Below, one piece after another: positions 50,623-60,073 of a stretch of 64,000 nt of DNA. Below the pieces are notes generated by a model. That model ran no database searches. It had not been told where the DNA came from and saw only the letters and a program-made list of their open reading frames with translations. Within the stretch, counting starts at the first letter, position 1. Every line of letters begins with the position of its first letter. The DNA is from Parvibaculaceae bacterium (lineage in GTDB: Bacteria; Pseudomonadota; Alphaproteobacteria; Parvibaculales; Parvibaculaceae): assembly GCA_947259525.1 (NCBI GenBank), contig CAMYLN010000007.1:58417-122416 (forward strand), written 5' to 3'. The translations under genes and the position numbers were made by a program.

Positions 50623-51225
50623 ATGACCTTCTGTTCTACTTTTTATCTTTTCCGCCCCGCGACCCGGCTTGCCTGTGTGAGTACCCTCGTCTGCGCGGGG
50701 ACGCTCGCCTTTGCCCTGCCCTTTATACCGGCTTCGGCGCTGGCTGAAGAAGCAACGCCCCCTTCCATCAATCTTGCACCGACGGAAGAAGAACTGAACT
50801 GGGCGGAAAACCTGACCGGATCCGGCGGCAAAAGCGGGCTCAACGGCGATATTGCCGCCCCGCTTGATGCGCCACAGACAACCACTTTGCTTGAGCGCAA
50901 TGGTATTACGCCCGACATTCGCGCTGGTGCAGCCAGTGTCGGGGCCACCCAACGCATTGAACTTGGTTCCCAGGGTTTTGCTGATCAGCGCGGCAAGCTC
51001 ACACCCTATGTCGAGCTTGGTGCCGACGTCGCCAAGTCAGGTGACGAACCGCTCGTCACCGGCAGCACGGTCAATGCGGATGTCACCACCGGTATCGGCG
51101 GGGGTACGACTGTCAGTGTCAACGATCAGGTTGACTTTAAAATCGGCGTTACACGGCAGGACACGCTCGGCCAGGACCGGGACGCTGAAAACAAGGTGGA
51201 AAGCGGCGTCTCGATCAAGTTCTGA
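50623..51225 (+). CDS. Hypothetical exported protein with outer-membrane beta-barrel-type C-terminus
   Basis: Signal peptide ending ASALA; alternating-pattern strands ([26 protein letters not shown]) and terminal Phe. Confidence 0.7.
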   Translation: MTFCSTFYLFRPATRLACVSTLVCAGTLAFALPFIPASALAEEATPPSINLAPTEEELNWAENLTGSGGKSGLNGDIAAPLDAPQTTTLLERNGITPDIRAGAASVGATQRIELGSQGFADQRGKLTPYVELGADVAKSGDEPLVTGSTVNADVTTGIGGGTTVSVNDQVDFKIGVTRQDTLGQDRDAENKVESGVSIKF

Positions 51226-51333
51226 CGCGCCAACCTTCCGTTTTAGGCACGCCGCCCTGAATGACCTTCTGAATGGTCTGGTCTTTGTTGTCTTGTGGCC
51301 TTGCGGGACTGTGCCCTCTTTACCGCCAGCAAG

Positions 51334-52152
51334 TCAGCGCTTCAGCCGCTCTGCGAAGAAATCGAGAATTTCATCGCGCGCCTTGATCGTCGGCTCCCCT
51401 GCCTCGTCGATCAGATGAACTGTGACCACGCTATGTGGTGTTGTGACGAACTTTTCGTGAAAAGGGCTCACATTCTTGTTGGCAGCACTGTCTGGCAGAA
51501 CCCGCCCCACGAAACGATCCCCCAGCGCGTCCGAGTAGGCCTTGAACCTTTCCGCACGGCAGAAACTGTCTCCCTCGAACCGGTAGGCCATTACGGTCAG
51601 ATCATCCTTGTCGAGACGCGCTTTTACCGCCGTCATGTCGTCTGGAGAAATCTCAAGCCCTGCCGGTTCGTCCAGCGGCAATGAGGGTTGCGACAGGACC
51701 GGCGCCAGCATGGATGGTTCCAGCATCATGGTCAGTGCAAAATTGCCGGTGAAACACATGCCGATCGCGCCCACACCGGGATCCCCGCATTCTTCGTGGG
51801 CAAGACGGGCCAGCGCACGGAGCCACTGGGTGACAGGGCTGGATTTGTTGGCCCCGAAGGCGCGAAACTCTGCGCGGACACAGGCCCGTTGAAAAACTTC
51901 CGCCCCTTCGTCGCCCGTGGGAGAGGCGCCGTCCCGTCCGAAGAGGGATGGCATATAGACAGTAAAACCAGCATCGCGCACCCACCGCGCGAAGCGGGCG
52001 ACATGAGGGCTGATCCCCGGCATTTCTGTCATGACGATCACGCCGGGCCCTTCTCCCATCACGTATACGGTTTTTTCCACGCCGTTCAACGTGATGGCGC
52101 GGGCAGTGAAATCGTCCAGGGGATCGTCGACGGTCAGGTCACGCTGGGTCAT
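51334..52152 (-). CDS. Dienelactone hydrolase family protein
   Basis: GPGVIVMTEMPGI, GAIGMCFTG nucleophile elbow, PHSVVT. Confidence 0.88.
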   Translation of the reverse strand: MTQRDLTVDDPLDDFTARAITLNGVEKTVYVMGEGPGVIVMTEMPGISPHVARFARWVRDAGFTVYMPSLFGRDGASPTGDEGAEVFQRACVRAEFRAFGANKSSPVTQWLRALARLAHEECGDPGVGAIGMCFTGNFALTMMLEPSMLAPVLSQPSLPLDEPAGLEISPDDMTAVKARLDKDDLTVMAYRFEGDSFCRAERFKAYSDALGDRFVGRVLPDSAANKNVSPFHEKFVTTPHSVVTVHLIDEAGEPTIKARDEILDFFAERLKR

Positions 52153-52155
52153 GAT

Positions 52156-52836
52156 TTATCCTTTTGAGGGCGGTGATACGGTCTCTCCCGCGCTCGCAAA
52201 GCGCTGGAGGAGCGGCGACAAGAGGGCGGCGAGGGTCTGGCGCTGGCGCTCTGCATCCCAGAGGTCGGGATCGAGCGTGGCGCGGGTGCCGATCCCGTCA
52301 ATTGCGGCAATAACAGCATCTGCACATTCTCGCGCCATCGCCATTTCTTGCGCAGATGTGGCCTGGGTCACGCCACGCGCAGGAGGTGACGGGCGAAGCG
52401 TGAGGAGAGAAATGGTCAGCTTGTCGGTGAAGGCGCGATAATAATCCTGGTGCATCTTGCGAAGCACAGGGTCCGCGATGGCGCGTCCCCAAAAGGAAAG
52501 CCAGACGCGCCATTCCCGCCGTCCTTCCTCATCTACCGGGATATAGGCCGACATGCGCGCCACAAAGGCATCCACATCGCCCGGCTGATTTTGTGCCATG
52601 CCCTGATCAATCCGGTCGAGGGTGTTCTGCACAACTTCTTCAAGGGCAGCGACCAGAACCGCGTCCTTGCTATCGAAATAATGGGTCACGGCACCGGTTG
52701 TCACGTTGGCGACACGCGCCACGTCGCGCAGCCTTGTCCCTTCCAGACCCGCCTGATGAATGACGGAGATGGCCGCATTGGCGATCACCCGGCGTTGTTC
52801 CCTGTTCTTTTCGCTGATCTTTTTAGTTTTCAACAT
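52156..52836 (-). CDS. TetR-family regulator (BetI-type C-terminal domain)
   Basis: AAISVIHQAGLEGTRLRDVARVANVTTGAVTHYFDSKD HTH; WRVWLSFW. Confidence 0.92.
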   Translation of the reverse strand: MLKTKKISEKNREQRRVIANAAISVIHQAGLEGTRLRDVARVANVTTGAVTHYFDSKDAVLVAALEEVVQNTLDRIDQGMAQNQPGDVDAFVARMSAYIPVDEEGRREWRVWLSFWGRAIADPVLRKMHQDYYRAFTDKLTISLLTLRPSPPARGVTQATSAQEMAMARECADAVIAAIDGIGTRATLDPDLWDAERQRQTLAALLSPLLQRFASAGETVSPPSKG

Positions 52837-52871
52837 AACAGTGATTATGTTTTTTCTCGGCCGGTCGTCAA
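52832..52871 (-). promoter_or_regulatory. Leaderless-type promoter with overlapping palindromic operator for the TetR gene
   Basis: TTGACG-N16-CATAAT-N7-ATG with no SD; AACATAA-N6-TTATGTT palindrome (52832-52851) covers the -10 and the ATG. Confidence 0.65.
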
Positions 52872-52905
52872 GTCGGTACGCGACGCGATCACCCGACTGT
52901 GAAGA

Positions 52906-53697
52906 TCAGGGTTTTCGCCAATATTGGTAATCGTAGAGCGTGACTCCAAATCCCAATCGTCGGTAGAGCGCGATCGCCGGTTCATTCTCCGCCATGACCT
53001 GAAGACACGCATGTTGGGCGCCCTCAGCCCGGCCCCAGGCCATGAGCGCGGCCACAAGCTCACCTGCAAAGCCCTTGTTCCGATCTTCCTCACGGGTGAC
53101 GACCGCTTCAATCACCAAAAACGGTGCCACATAAACCCCGTAAGCGAGCGAGCGGCCCCGGTTGTCCGCCACCTTGCGGGCAAAACAGGCCGGATGCGTG
53201 ATATCCGCCAGCATGGCGCGGAAAATTTCCGCCTCTGCCTCAGACTGGCTGGAGAGCTCTTGCTTGTCCGCAAGCCAGGCCGGTGAAGGCGCCGGCTCAA
53301 GCTGAAGCCCGGAGACTGACCCGGAGACTGGCCCGACTGATGGCCTGCTTGCCGAACTTGTCTGAGCTTCCATCTCCACAAGGTCTGCCAATAATGTGTG
53401 CGTTGCGCCCTCCGGCCGGTAGCCGCGCGCGGAAAGCGCGTGCGCAAAGGCTGGCTGAAAGGACAGAAGCCGGAAGAGCGCCGGGCTGCCACCCCGCTTT
53501 TCAAAATAAGCGTCGGCGCCAGGGATCACGTCGCGCACGGCCCCTGCTCTCGGCGTTGCATTGACGGAATTTGCCCGTCGCGTGGTCCCGCCGGACGACC
53601 GGCAGAGCCAACCGTCAATCTCACGCTGAGTGGCCACAGGCCATGCTGACCAGCACGCCTTTTCGACACACCAGCAAAATTCGACATCCGTCTGCAT
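52906..53697 (-). CDS. GNAT family N-acetyltransferase
   Basis: ACWSAWP, GGTTRRANSV, VVTREEDRNKGFA, LQVMAENEPAIALYRRLGF, YDYQYW. Confidence 0.85.
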   Translation of the reverse strand: MQTDVEFCWCVEKACWSAWPVATQREIDGWLCRSSGGTTRRANSVNATPRAGAVRDVIPGADAYFEKRGGSPALFRLLSFQPAFAHALSARGYRPEGATHTLLADLVEMEAQTSSASRPSVGPVSGSVSGLQLEPAPSPAWLADKQELSSQSEAEAEIFRAMLADITHPACFARKVADNRGRSLAYGVYVAPFLVIEAVVTREEDRNKGFAGELVAALMAWGRAEGAQHACLQVMAENEPAIALYRRLGFGVTLYDYQYWRKP

Positions 53698-53902
53698 GGA
53701 AGGTTCCCCAAAGCCCGAAAATATGACGGGATATTTTTTCTGGCAAGGTTTACGACGATCAGGAAGAGGCCCGTTTCCCACCCGAATTCCCTTGCGGATC
53801 AAGCTTTTCACGCAATTTTCGCACTTTCGGGGTGGTATTTCCGCGCAATATGCGGTACGCCTACGCGCCGTTTTAGTTCATTTGTTGCGCGAAAGGCCCG
53901 AG

Positions 53903-56182
53903 ATGGGAAAGAAAACACACCTGAGCGATGAAGAAGCGCTCCGCTTCCATGCCCACGGCAAGCCAGGCAAGCTGGAAATCACCCCTACCAAGCCGATGGC
54001 CACCCAGCGCGACCTGTCTCTTGCCTACTCCCCCGGTGTCGCGGTGCCCGTTCGCGCCATAGCGGAAAACCCGGACGCGGCTTATGACTATACGGCCAAA
54101 GGCAATATGGTCGCCGTTATTTCCAACGGGACGGCAATCCTGGGCCTTGGCAATCTGGGGGCCCTTGCCTCCAAGCCGGTGATGGAAGGCAAGGCGGTTC
54201 TGTTCAAGCGTTTTGCCGATGTGGATTCCATTGATCTGGAAGTGGATACCGTAGACGTCGATGAATTCGTCAACGCCGTGCGCTATCTCGGACCGACCTT
54301 TGGCGGCATCAATCTGGAAGATATCAAGGCGCCGGACTGCTTCATCATTGAAGAACGTCTTCGCGAGCTGATGAATATCCCGGTTTTTCATGATGACCAG
54401 CATGGCACGGCGATTATTTCCGCTGCGGGCCTGATCAACGCCCTGCACCTGACGGGGCGCGACATCAAAGACATCAAAGTCGTCGTCAACGGGGCCGGGT
54501 CCGCCGGGATTGCGTGTCTGGAACTGATCAAGGCCATGGGCCTGCCCCACGAGAACGCGCTTCTGTGCGATACGAAAGGCGTGATCTATCAGGGACGCGC
54601 TGAGGGCATGAACCAGTGGAAAAGCGCACATGCCGTCGCGACCGATGCGCGGACACTTGAAGATGCGATGAAGGATGCAGACGTGTTCCTTGGTCTGTCT
54701 GTCAAAGGGGCGCTGACCCCGCGCATGGTCGAAAGCATGGCAGCTCAACCGATCATTTTTGCCATGGCCAATCCCGATCCGGAAATTACGCCGGAAGAAG
54801 TATCAACCATTCGCGACGATGCGATTGTGGCAACCGGGCGTTCGGACTATCCGAACCAGGTGAACAATGTTCTGGGCTTTCCCTACATTTTCCGCGGGGC
54901 GCTTGATGTACGCGCCACCACCATCAATGAGCAGATGAAAATCGCCTGTGCGGAAGCGCTGGCAAAACTTGCACGGGAAGACGTGCCCGACGAAGTGGCT
55001 GCGGCCTATCAGGGCGAACGCCCACGCTTTGGACCAAGCTACATTATCCCCGTTCCTTTTGACCCGCGCCTGATCAGCGAGATCCCGCCAGCGGTTGCCA
55101 AGGCGGCCATGGATAGCGGCGTTGCCCGCGCGCCCATTGTTGATATGGACGGTTATCAACGCCAGCTTTCCGCACGACTTGATCCGACAGCTGGATCGCT
55201 GCAGGTCATCTTTGAACATGTGAAGCGCGACCCCAAACGGGTCGTCTTCGCCGAGGGTGAAGAAGAGCGGGTTATCCGCGCGGCGATCAGCTTCCGCGAC
55301 AATGGACTTGGCACACCGATCCTGATCGGCCGGGAAGAGGTCATTCGCGAAACGCTGACCTCTATCGGTCTTGATGCCGCCACAGATCTTCAGATCGTTA
55401 ATTCACGCCTGTCTGACCGGGCACCCACTTATGCGCAATTCCTCTACAAGAAATTGCAGCGCAAAGGTTTTCTGCTGCGCGACTGCACCCGCATGATCAA
55501 CAATGAGCGCAATATTTTTGGCGCGGCGATGGTTGAGCATGGTGATGCGGATGCAATGGTGACCGGTGTCACCCGCAATTATGCGGTCGCGCTGTCTGAA
55601 GTCAGAAGCGTCATTGATCCGCTGCCCGGCAAGCGCCCCATGGGTGTCACGATGGTTATTTCACGCGGACGCACTGTGCTTGTTGCTGACACGAATGTGC
55701 ACGACATGCCTGAAGCACATGAACTGGCTGATATCGCTGAACAATCAGCGGAAGTTGCCCGTCGTCTCGGGTATGAACCACGGGTGGCGCTGCTGGCTTA
55801 TTCCACCTTTGGTCGTCCGACCGGTGAGCGATCAACCAAAGCCCGTGCAGCAGTTGAAATTCTTGACTCGCGAAATGTGGATTTTGAGTATGACGGGGAG
55901 ATGGCCGCAGATGTAGCCCTCAACCGTGAAGCCATGGCTCTCTATCCGTTCTGCCGCCTGTCCGAGCCTGCCAATGTGTTGGTGATGCCCGCCATTCATT
56001 CTGCATCCATCTCGACAAAGATGCTGCAGGAGTTGGGCGGTGCTGACCTGATCGGACCGCTGCTGACCGGTCTCTCGCGGCCTGTGCAGATTGTCACAAT
56101 GGGTGCAACCGTTTCAGACCTCGTGAATATGGCTGCCATCGCCGCCTACGACCTCGATCAAACCTACAAGCTCATTCGCTAG
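53903..56182 (+). CDS. maeB: NADP-dependent malic enzyme with C-terminal PTA-like domain
   Basis: [57 protein letters not shown]; adjacent to mutS like rhizobial tme. Confidence 0.96.
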   Translation: MGKKTHLSDEEALRFHAHGKPGKLEITPTKPMATQRDLSLAYSPGVAVPVRAIAENPDAAYDYTAKGNMVAVISNGTAILGLGNLGALASKPVMEGKAVLFKRFADVDSIDLEVDTVDVDEFVNAVRYLGPTFGGINLEDIKAPDCFIIEERLRELMNIPVFHDDQHGTAIISAAGLINALHLTGRDIKDIKVVVNGAGSAGIACLELIKAMGLPHENALLCDTKGVIYQGRAEGMNQWKSAHAVATDARTLEDAMKDADVFLGLSVKGALTPRMVESMAAQPIIFAMANPDPEITPEEVSTIRDDAIVATGRSDYPNQVNNVLGFPYIFRGALDVRATTINEQMKIACAEALAKLAREDVPDEVAAAYQGERPRFGPSYIIPVPFDPRLISEIPPAVAKAAMDSGVARAPIVDMDGYQRQLSARLDPTAGSLQVIFEHVKRDPKRVVFAEGEEERVIRAAISFRDNGLGTPILIGREEVIRETLTSIGLDAATDLQIVNSRLSDRAPTYAQFLYKKLQRKGFLLRDCTRMINNERNIFGAAMVEHGDADAMVTGVTRNYAVALSEVRSVIDPLPGKRPMGVTMVISRGRTVLVADTNVHDMPEAHELADIAEQSAEVARRLGYEPRVALLAYSTFGRPTGERSTKARAAVEILDSRNVDFEYDGEMAADVALNREAMALYPFCRLSEPANVLVMPAIHSASISTKMLQELGGADLIGPLLTGLSRPVQIVTMGATVSDLVNMAAIAAYDLDQTYKLIR

Positions 56183-56239
56183 GCTGAAAATACTTGTGTC
56201 CCGCTGCCATATGGGGTGACATAGCGGAAAGCAGGGTTT

Positions 56240-56276
56240 TGTGCTCACCAATACATGTTGGTGAGCACATTTATTA
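56240..56276 (+). terminator. Perfect 12-bp inverted repeat after maeB (terminator or operator)
   Basis: TGTGCTCACCAA-TACATG-TTGGTGAGCACA followed by TTTATTA. Confidence 0.65.
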
Positions 56277-56291
56277 TGTGAGGAGGATATG

Positions 56292-56789
56292 ATGGCTGGG
56301 ACAGGATCAAAAACCGGAGCAGGCACTGCAATGTTCAAGGCGAACGCAGTCGGGGGGAAAACGAGCAGGCTTATGATGGCGATTCCTTTTCTGCTGGCCG
56401 CCACAATGATGAGTGTCTCCGCCGGTGAAACACCTGCCCCTGAAGGCGCTCGTGTCTACTTCATCTCACCGGAAGACGGTGCCACAACCTCCAGTCCCGT
56501 GAACGTCGTCTTTGGCCTTCAAGGCATGGGTGTCGCCCCTGCCGGTGTCGCCAAGGAAATGACGGGTCATCATCACCTGCTGGTCGATACCCCGATGCTG
56601 GAGGGGGAAGAGCTCGACTATTCCATTCCCGCTGACGAACATCATGTGCATTTCGGCGGTGGTCAGACGGAGACACGTATCGAGCTTGCACCGGGAACAC
56701 ATACTCTCCAATTGCTGCTTGGTGATGAGAACCACATTCCCCACAACCCGCCTATTGTATCGGACGTGATTACGATCACGGTCGAATAG
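56292..56789 (+). CDS. Exported DUF4399 domain protein (His-rich)
   Basis: Signal peptide; VYFISPEDGA, VAPAG, TGHHHLLVD, HVHFGGGQTE, LAPGTHTLQLLLGD..H.PH; RBS GAGGAGG. Confidence 0.85.
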   Translation: MAGTGSKTGAGTAMFKANAVGGKTSRLMMAIPFLLAATMMSVSAGETPAPEGARVYFISPEDGATTSSPVNVVFGLQGMGVAPAGVAKEMTGHHHLLVDTPMLEGEELDYSIPADEHHVHFGGGQTETRIELAPGTHTLQLLLGDENHIPHNPPIVSDVITITVE

Positions 56790-56800
56790 GTTTTTCGATC

Positions 56801-57565
56801 GTGATCAGAAAACTCCTGTCTCGCATCGACATTGGCATGCGTGCACGGCGTATTTTCAAGCAGAGCCTTGGCGGGCATGGGGAGATTGAACTCAGTCTGC
56901 TGTCGGTACTGATGCGCGCCAATTCCCTTTCCATTGATATTGGCGCCAACAAGGGCGTCTATACCTATCAGATGAAAGAATGGGGACGGACGGTTGCCTT
57001 TGAACCGATCCCGGAGCTGGCGAACAATCTGTCCGCCGCCGCATACCCCGACTTGACGGTCGAACAATGTGCCTTGTGCGAGAAGCCCGGCATGACCGTT
57101 CTGCATGTGCCTTATCATGCCAAGAAAAAGGGCAAGCTCAATACGCCGTCTGCCACGCTTCGTGACGACAGCACATCCAACCCGCTCGGATTTCGCGAGA
57201 TACACGTGCCGGCGAAGACGCTCGATTCATTTCAGTTTGAAGATGTGGGCTTTGTCAAAATCGATGTTGAGGGCTGGGAAGAAAATGTGCTGATGGGCGG
57301 ACGCGAAACCATCAGGCGCAACCAGCCGATTGTTATGGCCGAGCTGGTCGAGACATATACGCCGGGCATTCTGACCCGTGTTCCCGCTTTCTTTGCCGAT
57401 CTGAATTATCAAGGCTTTTGCATCGACGCTGCCGCCCTGAAGCTGATGAAGATTGAAGATATTGACCCTGCACAGCCCGTGACGGAGAACTATATTTTCG
57501 TGCCCGGACATGATGCGGAGGCATTCAGGTCCCGATGTCAGGCGCTGCTGCGACAGCGGGCCTGA
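56801..57565 (+). CDS. FkbM family SAM-dependent methyltransferase
   Basis: IDIGANKGVYT, VAFEP, TLDSF, FVKIDVEGWEENVLMG. Confidence 0.9.
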   Translation: MIRKLLSRIDIGMRARRIFKQSLGGHGEIELSLLSVLMRANSLSIDIGANKGVYTYQMKEWGRTVAFEPIPELANNLSAAAYPDLTVEQCALCEKPGMTVLHVPYHAKKKGKLNTPSATLRDDSTSNPLGFREIHVPAKTLDSFQFEDVGFVKIDVEGWEENVLMGGRETIRRNQPIVMAELVETYTPGILTRVPAFFADLNYQGFCIDAAALKLMKIEDIDPAQPVTENYIFVPGHDAEAFRSRCQALLRQRA

Positions 57566-57577
57566 CACGGGTCGGGT

Positions 57578-58561
57578 TCAGTCCTTTTTGAACTTGGATG
57601 AGTAGCGCTCGTTGATTTCCGAGACAGGGAAGAGAATAAGCACATCGGTTGTCCCGAACTGCTCATCGACAACGGCACCATCCCCGATAAAACAACCGGC
57701 GCGAATATAGCCTTTGATCATGGGAGGCATGGCACGCAGTGCCGCCCGAAGCTCTACCTCTTCTTTAGGTATCCGGTTCATTGGCACGTGGCGCGCCGCA
57801 TGCGCCCGCACATACCAATTCTGCGGTGTCAGGTGATGGTGGTAGAGATAGGCCAGCGGTACCACGAGCTCGGCGGGATCCGTATTTTCAAATGATGCAC
57901 AACCAAACATGACATCAAGCTTGTGTAGCGCGACATAGTGCATGATGCCGTGCCAAAGAAGTTCTACCGTGCGCTTGTCGCGATAAGGTGCCAGAACGCA
58001 CGAGCGACCCAGTTCCAGAAACCGGACGTCAGGCCCTGCCCGTTTCAACAAGGGTTCGATATCAAACTCACCGGCTGTATAAAATCCACCATTCTGCTCA
58101 GCCACCTCCTGGCGCAGCAGACGATAGCACCCCACCACCGCTTCAACGGGTGGATTGTCTTCCTGCCCGGCGGGTACCAGCTCGTGGTCGATCACGAGCA
58201 GATGATCGCAGAAGGCATCAAACCGGTCGACGTCGCGTTTGGTCGCGAGTGCCGCTGCATCCGGCGTCGCTGACATCTCTTCATAGAAAACGTGATACCG
58301 CAGCGCCTGAGCGGCCTCGATTTCTTCCTTCCGGCTCGCGAGCCGCACCTCCAGCGTGCCCCGGCGCCCGAAACTCACAGGCGTCGATGCGGGTGTGACA
58401 TTTGTGTCTGGTTGGGACTGGGTCAGCAGACTGGTCTCACTTCTCGTTTGCTCGACATCCGGCATACCCACAGGTACATCCAGTGTCGATCCACCCCATG
58501 TGGGGCCCTCACTCAAGACTTCAATTCCTGAACGCATCATCCTTGCCCCTTCGCGGCTCAA
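57578..58561 (-). CDS. olsB: Ornithine-acyl-ACP N-acyltransferase OlsB (GNAT_5); start uncertain
   Basis: AQALRYHVFYEEM, DVDRFDAFCDHLLV, VGCYRLL, LELGRSCV, LWHGI, FGCASF, PPMIKGYIRAG, DEQFGTTD. Confidence 0.88.
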   Translation of the reverse strand: MSREGARMMRSGIEVLSEGPTWGGSTLDVPVGMPDVEQTRSETSLLTQSQPDTNVTPASTPVSFGRRGTLEVRLASRKEEIEAAQALRYHVFYEEMSATPDAAALATKRDVDRFDAFCDHLLVIDHELVPAGQEDNPPVEAVVGCYRLLRQEVAEQNGGFYTAGEFDIEPLLKRAGPDVRFLELGRSCVLAPYRDKRTVELLWHGIMHYVALHKLDVMFGCASFENTDPAELVVPLAYLYHHHLTPQNWYVRAHAARHVPMNRIPKEEVELRAALRAMPPMIKGYIRAGCFIGDGAVVDEQFGTTDVLILFPVSEINERYSSKFKKD

Positions 58562-58645
58562 ACTGCAAGGTCAACCGACCTTTACCCTGCTTGTGGGCCG
58601 TTTTTGTGACAAGCTTGTGTCGCATCCAACCTATTGATTTTCCTG

Positions 58646-59995
58646 TTACTTTTCTACTGTCTTGAGCGGGTTCACAAAATCCATCCGGTTTGTGCGCGAC
58701 AACCAGACGAGCAAAATGAGCCCCGGCAGAGCCGCAACGCTCGTGGCGACAAAAAAGAGTACCCATCCAAGCTCGATCGCCACAAAGCCCGCACTAGCCG
58801 AAAGTATTGTCCGCCCGACAGCGGCAAGCGCCGAGAGAAGGGCAAACTGGGTTGCCGTGAAGGTCCGTGCGGAACACAGGCCAGACAGATAGGCCACGAA
58901 GATGACGGTGCCCATGCCGCCGGCGAAACTCTCAACGGCCACACTCACGGCAAGCGCCGTTGCATCCGGCCCCACCCAGGCCAACCAGCAGAAAACGAGA
59001 TTGGAGACAAGCTGCAAGATGCCGGTGATCCACAAGGCCGCTTTCAGCGGAACCAAACGCCCCAACAGACCGCCGACAAACCCGCCCGCTATCACGGTCA
59101 TCAGACCGACCAGATTTGCGATATAGGCATACGTTTCTTTATCGAAGCCGATATCCAGAGCAAACGGTCCGACCATGGCACCGGCAAAGGCATCACCAAA
59201 CTTGAAGAAAATGACAAATGCGAGGATCCATATCCAGCCCGGCTTTGCCGCAAAATCCAGGAACGGGTCCACCACGGCCTGACGAAACCGGGCAACGTAG
59301 TCGAGGGCGGCCTGCGCGTTTTCTACCTGCCTGCTTTCAGCTGGCTCCCGCGCAAAGAACGACGCCAGCAGACCAATCCCCATCAGGCTCGCCATCAGTG
59401 CGTAGGCATAGGCCCACAACTCGGCAGGCGGAAACCCCAGTGCTTCAAAAAGACCGGTCGCCCCCACAGCACCCGCGCCGGCCACAAGAAGTGCAACCCG
59501 GTAGGCCGCCACATAATTGGCCATGCCGGCCGCATATTGATCTTCACCGAGTGTTTCAACCCGAAACGCGTCAATCACGATATCCTGGGAGGCAGAGAGA
59601 AAGGCAACCAGGACCGCCGCGAACGCCATGACACCGGGAGCCCGCACCGGATCAACCAGTCCCATGCCAAGGATGGCACACAGAAGCAGCACTTGTGTCA
59701 GAACCAGCCAGGCGCGCCTGCGCCCCAACCAGCGAGACAGGCCAGGCAGGCGTGCCGCATCAATCAGCGGCGCCCAGAGAAATTTCAAAACATATGGCAA
59801 ACCCACCAGGGAAAAGAGGCCGATCGTGCCCAGATCCACACCTTCGTCCCGCATCCAGATCGACAGGGTTGAGCCGGTAAGCGCCAAAGGCAGACCTGAG
59901 GAAAAACCCAGCAGCAGAATAATCAGGACCTGCCGGTCCCCATAAACGCGAAACGCACGCAGAAGCCGCGCTCGGTTTAACAGCTGCGTGTTCAT
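58646..59995 (-). CDS. ampG: AmpG-family muropeptide MFS transporter
   Basis: LLGFSSGLP, KFLWAPLID, SASQDIVIDA, FKFGDA, ATQFALLS. Confidence 0.93.
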   Translation of the reverse strand: MNTQLLNRARLLRAFRVYGDRQVLIILLLGFSSGLPLALTGSTLSIWMRDEGVDLGTIGLFSLVGLPYVLKFLWAPLIDAARLPGLSRWLGRRRAWLVLTQVLLLCAILGMGLVDPVRAPGVMAFAAVLVAFLSASQDIVIDAFRVETLGEDQYAAGMANYVAAYRVALLVAGAGAVGATGLFEALGFPPAELWAYAYALMASLMGIGLLASFFAREPAESRQVENAQAALDYVARFRQAVVDPFLDFAAKPGWIWILAFVIFFKFGDAFAGAMVGPFALDIGFDKETYAYIANLVGLMTVIAGGFVGGLLGRLVPLKAALWITGILQLVSNLVFCWLAWVGPDATALAVSVAVESFAGGMGTVIFVAYLSGLCSARTFTATQFALLSALAAVGRTILSASAGFVAIELGWVLFFVATSVAALPGLILLVWLSRTNRMDFVNPLKTVEK

Positions 59996-60073
59996 GCCGC
60001 CCCTTCACACCATGTTCTTTTCATCTGTCTTGCTAACACAGGCACCCAAGGGACGACAGAAGGAAGTGGGCGC

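Noticed and set aside
50479-50952. N-terminal extension of the 1070-aa mutS ORF
   Set aside because: MutS homology starts at TPMMAQY. The extension overlaps the divergent exported-protein gene and looks non-coding.
52826-52855. dif-like site (CATAA-N6-TTATGTT)
   Set aside because: Outer arm bases do not match XerC/XerD consensus, and the palindrome overlaps the TetR -10 and start codon. An operator is the better explanation.
53308-53340. CCGGAGACTG repeats inside the GNAT gene
   Set aside because: They encode a short VSG linker repeat; low-complexity coding sequence.
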